From an uncultured Alphaproteobacteria bacterium (GTDB lineage: Bacteria; Pseudomonadota; Alphaproteobacteria; Methylaequorales; Methylaequoraceae), in NCBI GenBank assembly GCA_902617375.1, contig CACMWI010000002.1:1566-65565 (forward strand): a DNA stretch of 64,000 nt. The letters run 5' to 3'. Below are positions 51,930-60,301 of the stretch, piece after piece. The notes below the pieces were generated by a model. The model saw only the letters and a program-made list of their open reading frames with translations. It was not told the DNA's origin and did not search any database. Position 1 is the first letter of the stretch, and each line of letters begins with the position of its first letter. A program made the position numbers and the translations under genes.

Positions 51930-52256
51930 TTAAATTTGTAAGGATTTTTTAAACTTAATTTCATTTATAACAGTTGTTTTAAAAAACTCATTAATTTGCA
52001 TTTTTATTTCATCTGAAGAGTAAGATAACTCAAGAATATTCCTTTCGTTTGTGGTAATTGTAAGGATTTTTGAATTATTTATTTTTTTTAATGAAGAAGC
52101 AAAACAACGGGAACTTAACTCTGGCGTAAGAATTATTTCCCAGTTTAGCTTAATCTCTAACAATAACCCATCATTTTTTTTTTTTAAAGGCTTGAAAACT
52201 TTAGGTAAAAGGGTTGAAATTTTTACTGGATTATTAATATAATTTTTACGATTCAT
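51930..52256 (-). CDS. DUF721 family protein (DciA-like)
   Basis: 108 aa. The pattern ISTLLPKVF...LEIKLNWEIILTPELSSRCFASSLKKINNSKILTITTNERNILELSYSSDEIKMQINEFF fits DUF721/COG5389. Divergent to mutY, as in many alphaproteobacteria. Confidence 0.5.
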   Translation of the reverse strand: MNRKNYINNPVKISTLLPKVFKPLKKKNDGLLLEIKLNWEIILTPELSSRCFASSLKKINNSKILTITTNERNILELSYSSDEIKMQINEFFKTTVINEIKFKKSLQI

Positions 52257-52257
52257 A

Positions 52258-53313
52258 ATGAAAGAATATCACATAGATAAAATTTTTAAGAGTAGGTGGG
52301 AAAAAAAAATGCTCGATTGGTATTCAACCAATAAAAGAGATCTTCCTTGGCGAAGAAAAGAAAATAAAAATTTTTATAGAATCTGGATTTCAGAAATAAT
52401 GCTTCAGCAAACTCAAGTTTCTGTGGTTATTCCTTATTATAATAGGTTTATATTAAAATGGCCTACATTAGAAGATTTTTATGATGCAAAATTAGAAGAA
52501 ATTTTATTTTTGTGGCAAGGTATGGGATATTACAAGAGAGCTGAAAATCTTTATAAAGCCAAAGAATTACTTAAAAAAACAAAAATCGACGTGAATTACC
52601 AATCACTTTTAGAAATTCCAGGCATTGGGGATTATACCAGTAGTGCAATATCTGCAATTTTAAATGACGAAAAATGCGCAGTTGTAGATGGAAATATTAA
52701 AAGAATTCTTACACGTGTATTTAAGTTAAATGATAATGATAAATTATATGATAAAAACATAAGATATATATCCACTTACTTAACACCCAATAGAGAAAAT
52801 GGTAGTTATTGTCAATCTTTGATGGACTTAGCGAATTCTGTTTGCAAAGTCAGGAATCCAGATTGCAAAATATGTCCAGTCGAAGATTTTTGTTTATCAA
52901 AGGGTTTGAAACTAATTAAAAAAAAAGGAAAAAGGACTAAGAATAAAATAGCTATTGCTTTCGTTGTAAGTTATAAAAAATATTTTTTGGTTGAAAAGAA
53001 TTCAAAAAAACTTTTAAAAAACCTTTTTTGTTTTCCATTTAGCGATTCGAAAGATATAGATGAAAATTTCAAAGAGAGTGAGTTTTTGAATAAAACTGTG
53101 AATAATTGGCTAAAAAAAAAAAAATTAAAAGTTTCATATAAATTGGTTGGAAAAGTAATCCACAAATTTAGTCATTTTCAATTGAAAGTATTGGTAGTTA
53201 AGTTAAACTTAGGAAGTAAGTTATTGTTAGAAAACTTTTTTTGGTTAAGGATAAAAGATTTAAATAATAAACCTGTTTCCAAACTTATGCTGAAGATTAA
53301 AGAAATGGTGTGA
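52258..53313 (+). CDS. mutY: A/G-specific adenine DNA glycosylase
   Basis: 351 aa; HhH-GPD core (LPWRR...YRIWISEIMLQQTQV), 4Fe-4S Cys cluster (CxxxxxxCxxCPxxxxC) and a C-terminal NUDIX-like domain. Confidence 0.85.
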   Translation: MKEYHIDKIFKSRWEKKMLDWYSTNKRDLPWRRKENKNFYRIWISEIMLQQTQVSVVIPYYNRFILKWPTLEDFYDAKLEEILFLWQGMGYYKRAENLYKAKELLKKTKIDVNYQSLLEIPGIGDYTSSAISAILNDEKCAVVDGNIKRILTRVFKLNDNDKLYDKNIRYISTYLTPNRENGSYCQSLMDLANSVCKVRNPDCKICPVEDFCLSKGLKLIKKKGKRTKNKIAIAFVVSYKKYFLVEKNSKKLLKNLFCFPFSDSKDIDENFKESEFLNKTVNNWLKKKKLKVSYKLVGKVIHKFSHFQLKVLVVKLNLGSKLLLENFFWLRIKDLNNKPVSKLMLKIKEMV

Positions 53314-53639
53314 TGAAACTTATAATTTTTATAGCTTTTTTCCTGAACTTTTCCCCTCCTGAAATTTTTGCACAAGAGATAGAAAGAAATTCAAGAAATG
53401 ATCATGAAAAGGCAATAAAGGCTGTGAATGAGGGCGAAATTTTAACACTAGACCAAATTTTGCAGAAAATAAATAAAAACTTTGACGGTAGGGTTGTATC
53501 TATTAATTTAAAGGATAATGAAAAAGGTTTATTTGGGTGGGTTTATGATATTATGATGATAGATGTTAATAACAAAGTTAAGCAGATTAGAGTTGATGCA
53601 GGTACGTCCACAGTTCTATCTGTAATCTCTGGAGATTAG
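53310..53639 (+). CDS. PepSY domain small secreted protein
   Basis: 109 aa; signal peptide then a single PepSY-like domain (ILTLDQILQKI...GRVVSINL...GLFGWVYDIMMIDVNNKVKQIRVDAGT). Confidence 0.6.
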   Translation: MMKLIIFIAFFLNFSPPEIFAQEIERNSRNDHEKAIKAVNEGEILTLDQILQKINKNFDGRVVSINLKDNEKGLFGWVYDIMMIDVNNKVKQIRVDAGTSTVLSVISGD

Positions 53640-53640
53640 T

Positions 53641-54306
53641 TTGAGAATATTGCTTATTGAAGACGATCCTGATTTGAATAATCAAATAAAAACTTCCCTG
53701 GAAGATGTTGGTTATTCAGTTGATACTGCAGTTGATGGTGAAGAAGGTCATTTTTTAGGAGATACAGAACCATATGATGCGGTTATTCTTGACTTAGGAC
53801 TTCCCAAAATAGACGGGATAACTGTTCTTGAAAAATGGCGAAAAGATAAAAAAAACTTTCCTGTTCTGATTTTAACTGCAAGAGATCAGTGGAGCGACAA
53901 AGTTTCAGGTTTTGACGCTGGTGCAGACGATTATGTTGCAAAACCTTTTCAGATGGAAGAATTGTTGGCGAGACTCCGAGCTCTAATAAGAAGATCAGCT
54001 GGTCATGCTTCTTCAGACATTGAATGTGGTCCTTTAAAAATTGATACTAAATCAAATAAAGTCTTTTTAAACGGAACCAAACTTAAACTTACTTCACATG
54101 AGTATAAAATAATTGAGTATTTTCTTCATCATCAAGATAAAGTTATAACGAGAACGGAGCTTGTTGAGCACATATATGACCAAGATTTTGATAGAGATTC
54201 TAATACAATAGAGGTTTTTATTGGAAGATTAAGAAAAAAAATGGGATTGAATTTAATAAAAACTGAAAGAGGATACGGTTACAGGTTGTCAATTGAAAGA
54301 GAATAG
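53641..54306 (+). CDS. OmpR-family two-component response regulator
   Basis: 221 aa; apparent TTG start (reads MRILLIEDDPDL); receiver domain (D..D...K) plus winged-helix DNA-binding C-terminus (YGYRL). Confidence 0.85.
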   Translation: MRILLIEDDPDLNNQIKTSLEDVGYSVDTAVDGEEGHFLGDTEPYDAVILDLGLPKIDGITVLEKWRKDKKNFPVLILTARDQWSDKVSGFDAGADDYVAKPFQMEELLARLRALIRRSAGHASSDIECGPLKIDTKSNKVFLNGTKLKLTSHEYKIIEYFLHHQDKVITRTELVEHIYDQDFDRDSNTIEVFIGRLRKKMGLNLIKTERGYGYRLSIERE

Positions 54307-55671
54307 ATGAATTCACTGGCAGTAAGACTCTTTTTCAGCGCAACAATTTGGATTATTTTCACATTAGTTTCAGCAGGTCTTCTTTTATCCGATTTGAATG
54401 AGAAGACGAATTTTAAGGCTTTTGACGATAGGCTTAACCTGCTTTTAGAGACACTGATTGGAGCAAGTAGAGTCGACTCTTCAGATGGCATAACCGTAGT
54501 GAGCACAATAGGAGACCCAAGGTTTTTTCAACCATATTCGGGATGGTACTGGCAGGTGAATAAAGGATCAAAAACACTTGTTAGATCTAGGTCGATGTGG
54601 GACCAAGTCTTTACCGAAGACAAAAGATTGATTGGCGGTAGGTCTCAGTTTATTAATAACGTAGGAAAAAACATTGATAATCAAAATTATGTAGAAAAAA
54701 AAAAATTACATATTATTGAAAGAAACATATCTTTTCCTGGCATTAACGCTCCAATAACTTTTATTGTCTCTGGTGACACTGAGGAGTACCAAGCAAATAT
54801 TAAAAAGTTTGATAATACTTTGTCAGTTATATTATTTGCCCTCGGAGCTGGATTGATGATTGCTGTTTTTCTACAGGTAAAGTTTGGACTTCTTCCATTA
54901 AATAAAATTCAGGCTTCATTATTTAAAGTAAGAAACGGTGATGAAAGTAGTCTAAAAGAATCGTATCCACTGGAGGTTCAACCTCTTGCAAGTGAAATAA
55001 ATGAGTTGCTAGCTCATAATTCAAAAATTATTGATAGAGCAAAAACTCACGTAGGAAATTTGGCTCACGTTCTCAAAACACCATTGGCAGTTATATCTAA
55101 CGAAATTAAGAATGACAGCTCGACAATGCATAACCAAATTCAACTAATGAAACGTCATATTGATAGATATTTAAAGAAAGCACATCTTGAATCAGTTGGA
55201 AAATCCTCAAAGGAAAAAATCAACATGATTGATTTAGTTAATAAAATGATTTTTATTTTTAAAAAACTTTACCCAGAGGTAAATATATTTTTAACCCTCA
55301 AAATTAAGGAAGCATTTGTTTTTGGAGGTTTAGACGATCTTGAAGAGGTAGTTGGAAATGTAATTGAGAATGCATGTAAATACGGAAATAAAAAAATAAA
55401 AGTAGAAATTAAAATTGGCAAAGATGATAAATTGTTATTAATTGTATCTGATGACGGTCCTGGATTATCACTACAACAAATGAATAAGGTTTTTGCAAGA
55501 GGTTTTAGATTGGATGAACAAAAACCCGGGACTGGACTCGGGTTGAATATTGTGAAAGATATCATTGAAACTTATATGAAGGGCAACGTTGAACTTAAAA
55601 AATCTGAAAATTTAGGTGGTCTAGAAGTTAATATATCGATTCCCCTTTCAAAATCATATCAAGTTACGTAG
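54307..55671 (+). CDS. Sensor histidine kinase (periplasmic-sensing, HAMP-HisKA-HATPase)
   Basis: 454 aa; two TM helices flank a periplasmic domain (~130 aa, contains GWYWQV); H-box LAHVLKTPLA; G boxes DDGPGL and GTGLGLNIV. Confidence 0.85.
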   Translation: MNSLAVRLFFSATIWIIFTLVSAGLLLSDLNEKTNFKAFDDRLNLLLETLIGASRVDSSDGITVVSTIGDPRFFQPYSGWYWQVNKGSKTLVRSRSMWDQVFTEDKRLIGGRSQFINNVGKNIDNQNYVEKKKLHIIERNISFPGINAPITFIVSGDTEEYQANIKKFDNTLSVILFALGAGLMIAVFLQVKFGLLPLNKIQASLFKVRNGDESSLKESYPLEVQPLASEINELLAHNSKIIDRAKTHVGNLAHVLKTPLAVISNEIKNDSSTMHNQIQLMKRHIDRYLKKAHLESVGKSSKEKINMIDLVNKMIFIFKKLYPEVNIFLTLKIKEAFVFGGLDDLEEVVGNVIENACKYGNKKIKVEIKIGKDDKLLLIVSDDGPGLSLQQMNKVFARGFRLDEQKPGTGLGLNIVKDIIETYMKGNVELKKSENLGGLEVNISIPLSKSYQVT

Positions 55672-56247
55672 AAAACTTTTTCTGTGAATCTTTGTTAGTC
55701 CAAATTTTTTTATAGCACTTCTATGTTCAAGTGTTCCATATCCTTTATTTCTATCCCAACCATACATTGGATAAATTTTTGAATAAAGAGTCATTAATTT
55801 GTCTCTCCAAGTTTTTGCTATTATTGATGCAGCCGCGATGCTAATAGATTTTTGATCACCGTTTTTTATAAAAGTGGTTTTTTCATTTAATGAAAAAGTT
55901 TTTAATCCATCTACCTTGACTAAATTTTCAGTTTTTCTAAATTTATCATAAGATCTTATCATTGAAAGATTTGTAGCTCGAAGAATATTCATTTCATCTA
56001 TTTCGATATTATTAGCAACTCCAATAGAGTAAGAAGAATATTCTTTGATGAACTTTGATAATATTATTCTTTTTTTATTACTCAATTTTTTTGAATCTGT
56101 TATTTGAAAAACCAAATTATTATTTAAAATTTTTTTTTTTAAAAGAACCGAACAAGATACTACTGGTCCACAAAAAGCACCTCGACCTACTTCATCGATC
56201 CCGATCACTTGATTTTTAATATCATCCAATAACAATTTAACTAACAA
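55654..56247 (-). CDS. rnhB: Ribonuclease HII
   Basis: 197 aa; IGIDEVGRGAFCGPVV catalytic N-terminus. Confidence 0.9.
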   Translation of the reverse strand: MLVKLLLDDIKNQVIGIDEVGRGAFCGPVVSCSVLLKKKILNNNLVFQITDSKKLSNKKRIILSKFIKEYSSYSIGVANNIEIDEMNILRATNLSMIRSYDKFRKTENLVKVDGLKTFSLNEKTTFIKNGDQKSISIAAASIIAKTWRDKLMTLYSKIYPMYGWDRNKGYGTLEHRSAIKKFGLTKIHRKSFLRNLI

Positions 56248-56367
56248 TAACCAAATTTTTGATTTATTGATATTTTAGATAAATTAAATTAAATTTAAAT
56301 TACTAATTTAGAAATAATGAAACATTATAAAAATAATATACTTAGAGGATTTGTTAATTTAAAAAAT

Positions 56368-56961
56368 ATGTCTAGGATATTTATATACTTAATCATTTGT
56401 AATTTGCTTTTTTTTTCTAAAATAACCTTGTCTAAGAATGTTTTAGATGTCATTTCCAAAAATAAAGATCTTACTACTTTCAATTCATATTTAGAAAAAA
56501 CAGGTCTGGATAGAGTTTTAGAAAAAAAACTTCCTTGGAACTGGACAATTTTTGCTCCAAGTAATAAGGCTTTTAAGAAAGCACCCAAGCTCCTAAAAAA
56601 TGAAATATTAAATGACGAATTCTTAAGTAAGAACATACTTATGGATCACATCATGACAGGGCATAAAACAAGTCTTGACATTGACGAAAGAGTAACAACC
56701 CAAATAACAGTTAGTAACAAACCACTACAAATATATAAAAGTCGAAATCTATTTGTCAAAGATATGGTTGTTGTTCAAGAAAATCTTATTGGCGACAATG
56801 GGGTTGTCCATATAATTGATTGCATAATGTATGTCCAACCGAGTTCTGACGATGATAGACTAACTCAGGATATTAAAGAGAAATATCCAATAACTTCTTG
56901 CTGCATGCATAATGAAGCAGAAATTAATTCATTTAAAGAAGCCACTAAAAATCGTTTTTAA
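56368..56961 (+). CDS. Fasciclin (FAS1) domain protein, secreted
   Basis: Start at MSRIFIYLIICNLLFF (signal peptide). FAS1 pattern (TIFAPSNKAF...GVVHIIDCIM). Cys-containing C-terminal tail. Confidence 0.7.
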   Translation: MSRIFIYLIICNLLFFSKITLSKNVLDVISKNKDLTTFNSYLEKTGLDRVLEKKLPWNWTIFAPSNKAFKKAPKLLKNEILNDEFLSKNILMDHIMTGHKTSLDIDERVTTQITVSNKPLQIYKSRNLFVKDMVVVQENLIGDNGVVHIIDCIMYVQPSSDDDRLTQDIKEKYPITSCCMHNEAEINSFKEATKNRF

Positions 56962-56989
56962 AAAAAAATAAGATTTCTAAAATTATTTT

Positions 56990-57511
56990 TTATTCATCTA
57001 ACCTTGGCATCAATTCGACTAAGTTACATGGCTTTGTTGTCGAGTCCAACTGAAATTTTATGATTTCATCCCAGGCATCTTTGCATGCACCTGGTGAACC
57101 AGGTAATGCAAATATAAAAGTTTTATTGACTAATCCAGCAATTGCTCGAGATTGAAGAGAGGAAGTGCCAATCTTTTTAAAACTAATGTATCTAAATATT
57201 TCACCAAACCCAGGTATCTCTTTAGTGATAATTTCTTTTAAAACTTCTGGGGTAGAATCTCTTCCAGTCAACCCTGTACCACCTGAAGAAATAATGACAT
57301 GCGTACTTTTTTTTTTTAGAATTTTAGATATTTCCGCTTTAATAAGCCTTGGTTCGTCTTTGACAAATAATTTACTTATTAAAGTATGCCCAGATTGTTT
57401 TATTCTATCTTCAAGAATTTTACCTGATTTGTCTGAGGACATTGTTCGTGTATCCGAAATGATCAATATAGAGATATTTAAACTTTTGAATGGTTGAGAT
57501 TCATTATTCAT
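56990..57511 (-). CDS. moaB: Molybdenum cofactor biosynthesis protein B (MoaB/MogA family)
   Basis: Start at MNNESQPFKSLNISILIISDTR (collinear with the E. coli MoaB N-terminus); GGTGLTGRDSTPE and GTSSLQSRAIAG motifs. Confidence 0.75.
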   Translation of the reverse strand: MNNESQPFKSLNISILIISDTRTMSSDKSGKILEDRIKQSGHTLISKLFVKDEPRLIKAEISKILKKKSTHVIISSGGTGLTGRDSTPEVLKEIITKEIPGFGEIFRYISFKKIGTSSLQSRAIAGLVNKTFIFALPGSPGACKDAWDEIIKFQLDSTTKPCNLVELMPRLDE

Positions 57512-57512
57512 C

Positions 57513-58256
57513 TTACAAAATATTATTTGAATTAATAAATTCGTCAATCTCTAATAAATCATCCCACATTGTTTTTTTCTCAATTGGATTTCTCATTAAA
57601 TAGGCTGGATGAAAAATAGCTCTAGCTTCAATCTTTAAGTCATTTTCTTTGTCTTCATAAATATGTTTTTTGCCTCGAATTTTTGTTATTCCGTCTTTTG
57701 AGTTCAATAAATTTTTTGCAGCAATACTTCCGACAAAAACTAACAGTTTTGGTTTGATTATTTTTATATGTTTTTTAGTATATGGCAGACAAACTGATAT
57801 TTCTTTATCGTTTGGGGTTCTGTTACCAGGAGGACGCCAAAAAACCATATTGGTGATGTAAATGTTATTTCTTGATAAATTGATAAATGAAAGCATTTTA
57901 TCCAATAATTTACCTGCCTCTCCTACGAATGGTTTCCCATTAATGTCCTCATTGGCTCCTGGTGCTTCTCCAATAAACATTATGTTAGCATCATAATTAC
58001 CATCATAAAGAACAAGATTTGTTGCTACATCCTTTAAATTGCAATCAAGATCGAGTATAAGAGATTTTAAATTATTAATAGCTGCTAATTTTGATTCAAT
58101 TGTTTTTTCATTTTTTTTGTTTTTTTTTATTTCTTGAATGTTTGTTTTAGGATCAACCTTTAATTTCATCTTATTTCTTTGAACTTGAGAGATGCAATCG
58201 GTGATTCCTAAAAATTTATAAAATTCAATAAAAGACTTTATGTTTTTAATATTCAT
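57513..58256 (-). CDS. Uracil-DNA glycosylase, family 4
   Basis: 247 aa; GEAPGANEDINGKPFVGEAGKLLD motif and a C-terminal HPAYLMR region. Confidence 0.85.
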   Translation of the reverse strand: MNIKNIKSFIEFYKFLGITDCISQVQRNKMKLKVDPKTNIQEIKKNKKNEKTIESKLAAINNLKSLILDLDCNLKDVATNLVLYDGNYDANIMFIGEAPGANEDINGKPFVGEAGKLLDKMLSFINLSRNNIYITNMVFWRPPGNRTPNDKEISVCLPYTKKHIKIIKPKLLVFVGSIAAKNLLNSKDGITKIRGKKHIYEDKENDLKIEARAIFHPAYLMRNPIEKKTMWDDLLEIDEFINSNNIL

Positions 58257-58311
58257 TAATATATATTTAATAGCAATAATTATAATATAAATTTATAGTG
58301 AAAGAAAATAA

Positions 58312-59958
58312 ATGAATATTACAAGAGAAAAAATGAATTACGATCTTGTGATTGTAGGTGCAGGGCCTTCTGGTTTGTCCGCAGCAATAAATTTTAAAAA
58401 ATTATGTAAAAAGAATGGTAAAGATCTCTCAGTTTGTATTGTAGAAAAAGGCTCTGAAGTTGGTGCACATATTCTGTCTGGAGCAATACTTGAACCCAGA
58501 GCACTTAATGAATTGATTGAAGATTGGAAAACCAACGAAGACTGTCCTGTCAAAGTTCCAGTAAAAAAGGAATCTTTGAAGTTTCTAACTGAAACTAAAT
58601 CTTATGAAATCCCTGGAATTTTTACTCCATCAGTTATGCATAATAAAGGAAACTTCATAATATCCCTTGGAAATTTCTGTAAGTGGTTGGCAAAAAAGGC
58701 TGAAGATCTAGGCGTAGAGATTTATCCAGGCTTCAGCGCATCAGAGTTATTGATTGAAAATGACAAGTTGAATGGAATTATAACTGGTGACCTAGGATTA
58801 GATAAAAATGGTGAAAGAGGACCAAATTTTCAGCCCGGAATTGAAATTCATTCTAAATACACTTTATTTGCTGAAGGTTGCAGAGGACATTTAGGCAAAA
58901 GACTTATAAATCAATTTAAGCTAAGAGAAAATTCTCAGCACCAGACTTACGGAATTGGATTGAAGGAGTTATGGGAGGTTAAACCCGAAAACTCTAATCC
59001 TGGAGAAGTATTTCACTCAATTGGATGGCCTTTGGACAATGAAACATATGGTGGGTCATTTTTATACCATTTAGATAGCAATTTAGTTTCATTTGGTTTT
59101 GTCATTGGATTAGATTATAAAAACCCCCATTTATCTCCATATGAGGAATTTCAGAGGTTTAAGCTACATCCCAAGATAAAACACATTTTCGATGGCGGTA
59201 GAAGAATATCTTATGGTGCAAGAGCATTAAATGAGGGAGGGTTTCAATCATTACCCAAACTTTCTTTTCCAGGAGGAGCTATTTTAGGATGTGATGCTGG
59301 AACACTTAATACACCAAAAATTAAAGGAACACATACTGCAATGAAATCAGGAATGATAGCATCAGATTTAGTTTTTAAAGAATTGGTATCAGACAGTCGG
59401 AATGATGAGATATCAAATCTAAATAAATCATTTATGAATTCATGGGCGGGTCAAGAGCTTAAAAATGCCAGGAATGTAAGGCCATCCTTCAAATACGGTT
59501 TGAAGATTGGTATGATGCTTTCTGGAATAGATCAAATAATTTTTAGAGGCAAAGCTCCTTGGACTTTAAAACATGCGGAAGAGGATCACCTTGCATTGAA
59601 AAAGAAAGATGAAGCCAAAATAATTAAATATCCTAAGCCGGATGGAAAAATTACTTTTGATAGATTAACAAATGTATCTTTTACATCAACTTATCACGAA
59701 GAAAACCAGCCGTGTCATTTAAAACTAAATGATGAAAAACTTGCAATTTCAAACAATCTTTTACTATACGACTCACCAGAACAACGATATTGTCCTGCTG
59801 GAGTTTATGAAATACTTTATGATAGCGGTTCACCAAAATTGAATATTAATTCTCAAAACTGCATTCATTGTAAAACCTGTGATATAAAGGATCCATTACA
59901 AAATATTAATTGGATTACTCCTGAGGGAGGAGGAGGGCCTAATTATACTAATATGTAA
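58312..59958 (+). CDS. Electron transfer flavoprotein-ubiquinone oxidoreductase
   Basis: 548 aa; FAD motif DLVIVGAGPSGLSAA; C-terminal 4Fe-4S CxxCxxCxxxC cluster and the conserved ending PEGGGGPNYTNM. Confidence 0.9.
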   Translation: MNITREKMNYDLVIVGAGPSGLSAAINFKKLCKKNGKDLSVCIVEKGSEVGAHILSGAILEPRALNELIEDWKTNEDCPVKVPVKKESLKFLTETKSYEIPGIFTPSVMHNKGNFIISLGNFCKWLAKKAEDLGVEIYPGFSASELLIENDKLNGIITGDLGLDKNGERGPNFQPGIEIHSKYTLFAEGCRGHLGKRLINQFKLRENSQHQTYGIGLKELWEVKPENSNPGEVFHSIGWPLDNETYGGSFLYHLDSNLVSFGFVIGLDYKNPHLSPYEEFQRFKLHPKIKHIFDGGRRISYGARALNEGGFQSLPKLSFPGGAILGCDAGTLNTPKIKGTHTAMKSGMIASDLVFKELVSDSRNDEISNLNKSFMNSWAGQELKNARNVRPSFKYGLKIGMMLSGIDQIIFRGKAPWTLKHAEEDHLALKKKDEAKIIKYPKPDGKITFDRLTNVSFTSTYHEENQPCHLKLNDEKLAISNNLLLYDSPEQRYCPAGVYEILYDSGSPKLNINSQNCIHCKTCDIKDPLQNINWITPEGGGGPNYTNM

Positions 59959-60301
59959 ACTATTTTTAACTGTTGTTATTACTTTATCAATAACATTTAA
60001 AGGTTACACAAATGATCTTAAATCTAGCAAATACGGAAGCTATTTATCGTGGGATTATGCAAAAGACAACAGAGATTTAAAAAATCTTAAAAACCTTTTA
60101 AAGGAAATAGATTTAAAGAAAATAGGAGATTCTAGTCTTGAAGAAGTTTTTTTTGAATCAGTAATTTTTGATGAATGGACCAAAGCAGAGGAAATAAGTT
60201 CGATTTTATTAGAGAAAGATGCAGATAATTTTTCAGCTAATCTTTTTAAATATTTTCTTAGTTTTTTAAATGGTCAAGATTCGGATCAATATCTTAAAAA
60301 A

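Noticed and set aside
59923-59937. GAGGGAGGAGGAGGG purine repeat, considered as a microsatellite or regulatory repeat
   Set aside because: It encodes the conserved Gly-Gly-Gly-Gly C-terminal motif of ETF-QO. It is relevant only as a possible Shine-Dalgarno sequence for the downstream TPR gene.
60012-60080. 22-codon ORF (MILNLANTEAIYRGIMQKTTEI) with a good AAAGG ribosome-binding site upstream of the TPR gene, considered as a leader peptide
   Set aside because: It lies in a different frame over DNA whose other frame is stop-free for 138 codons and protein-like. It is more likely a frame artefact, or evidence of an indel, than an independent peptide gene. It is kept as one hypothesis within the TPR-start finding.
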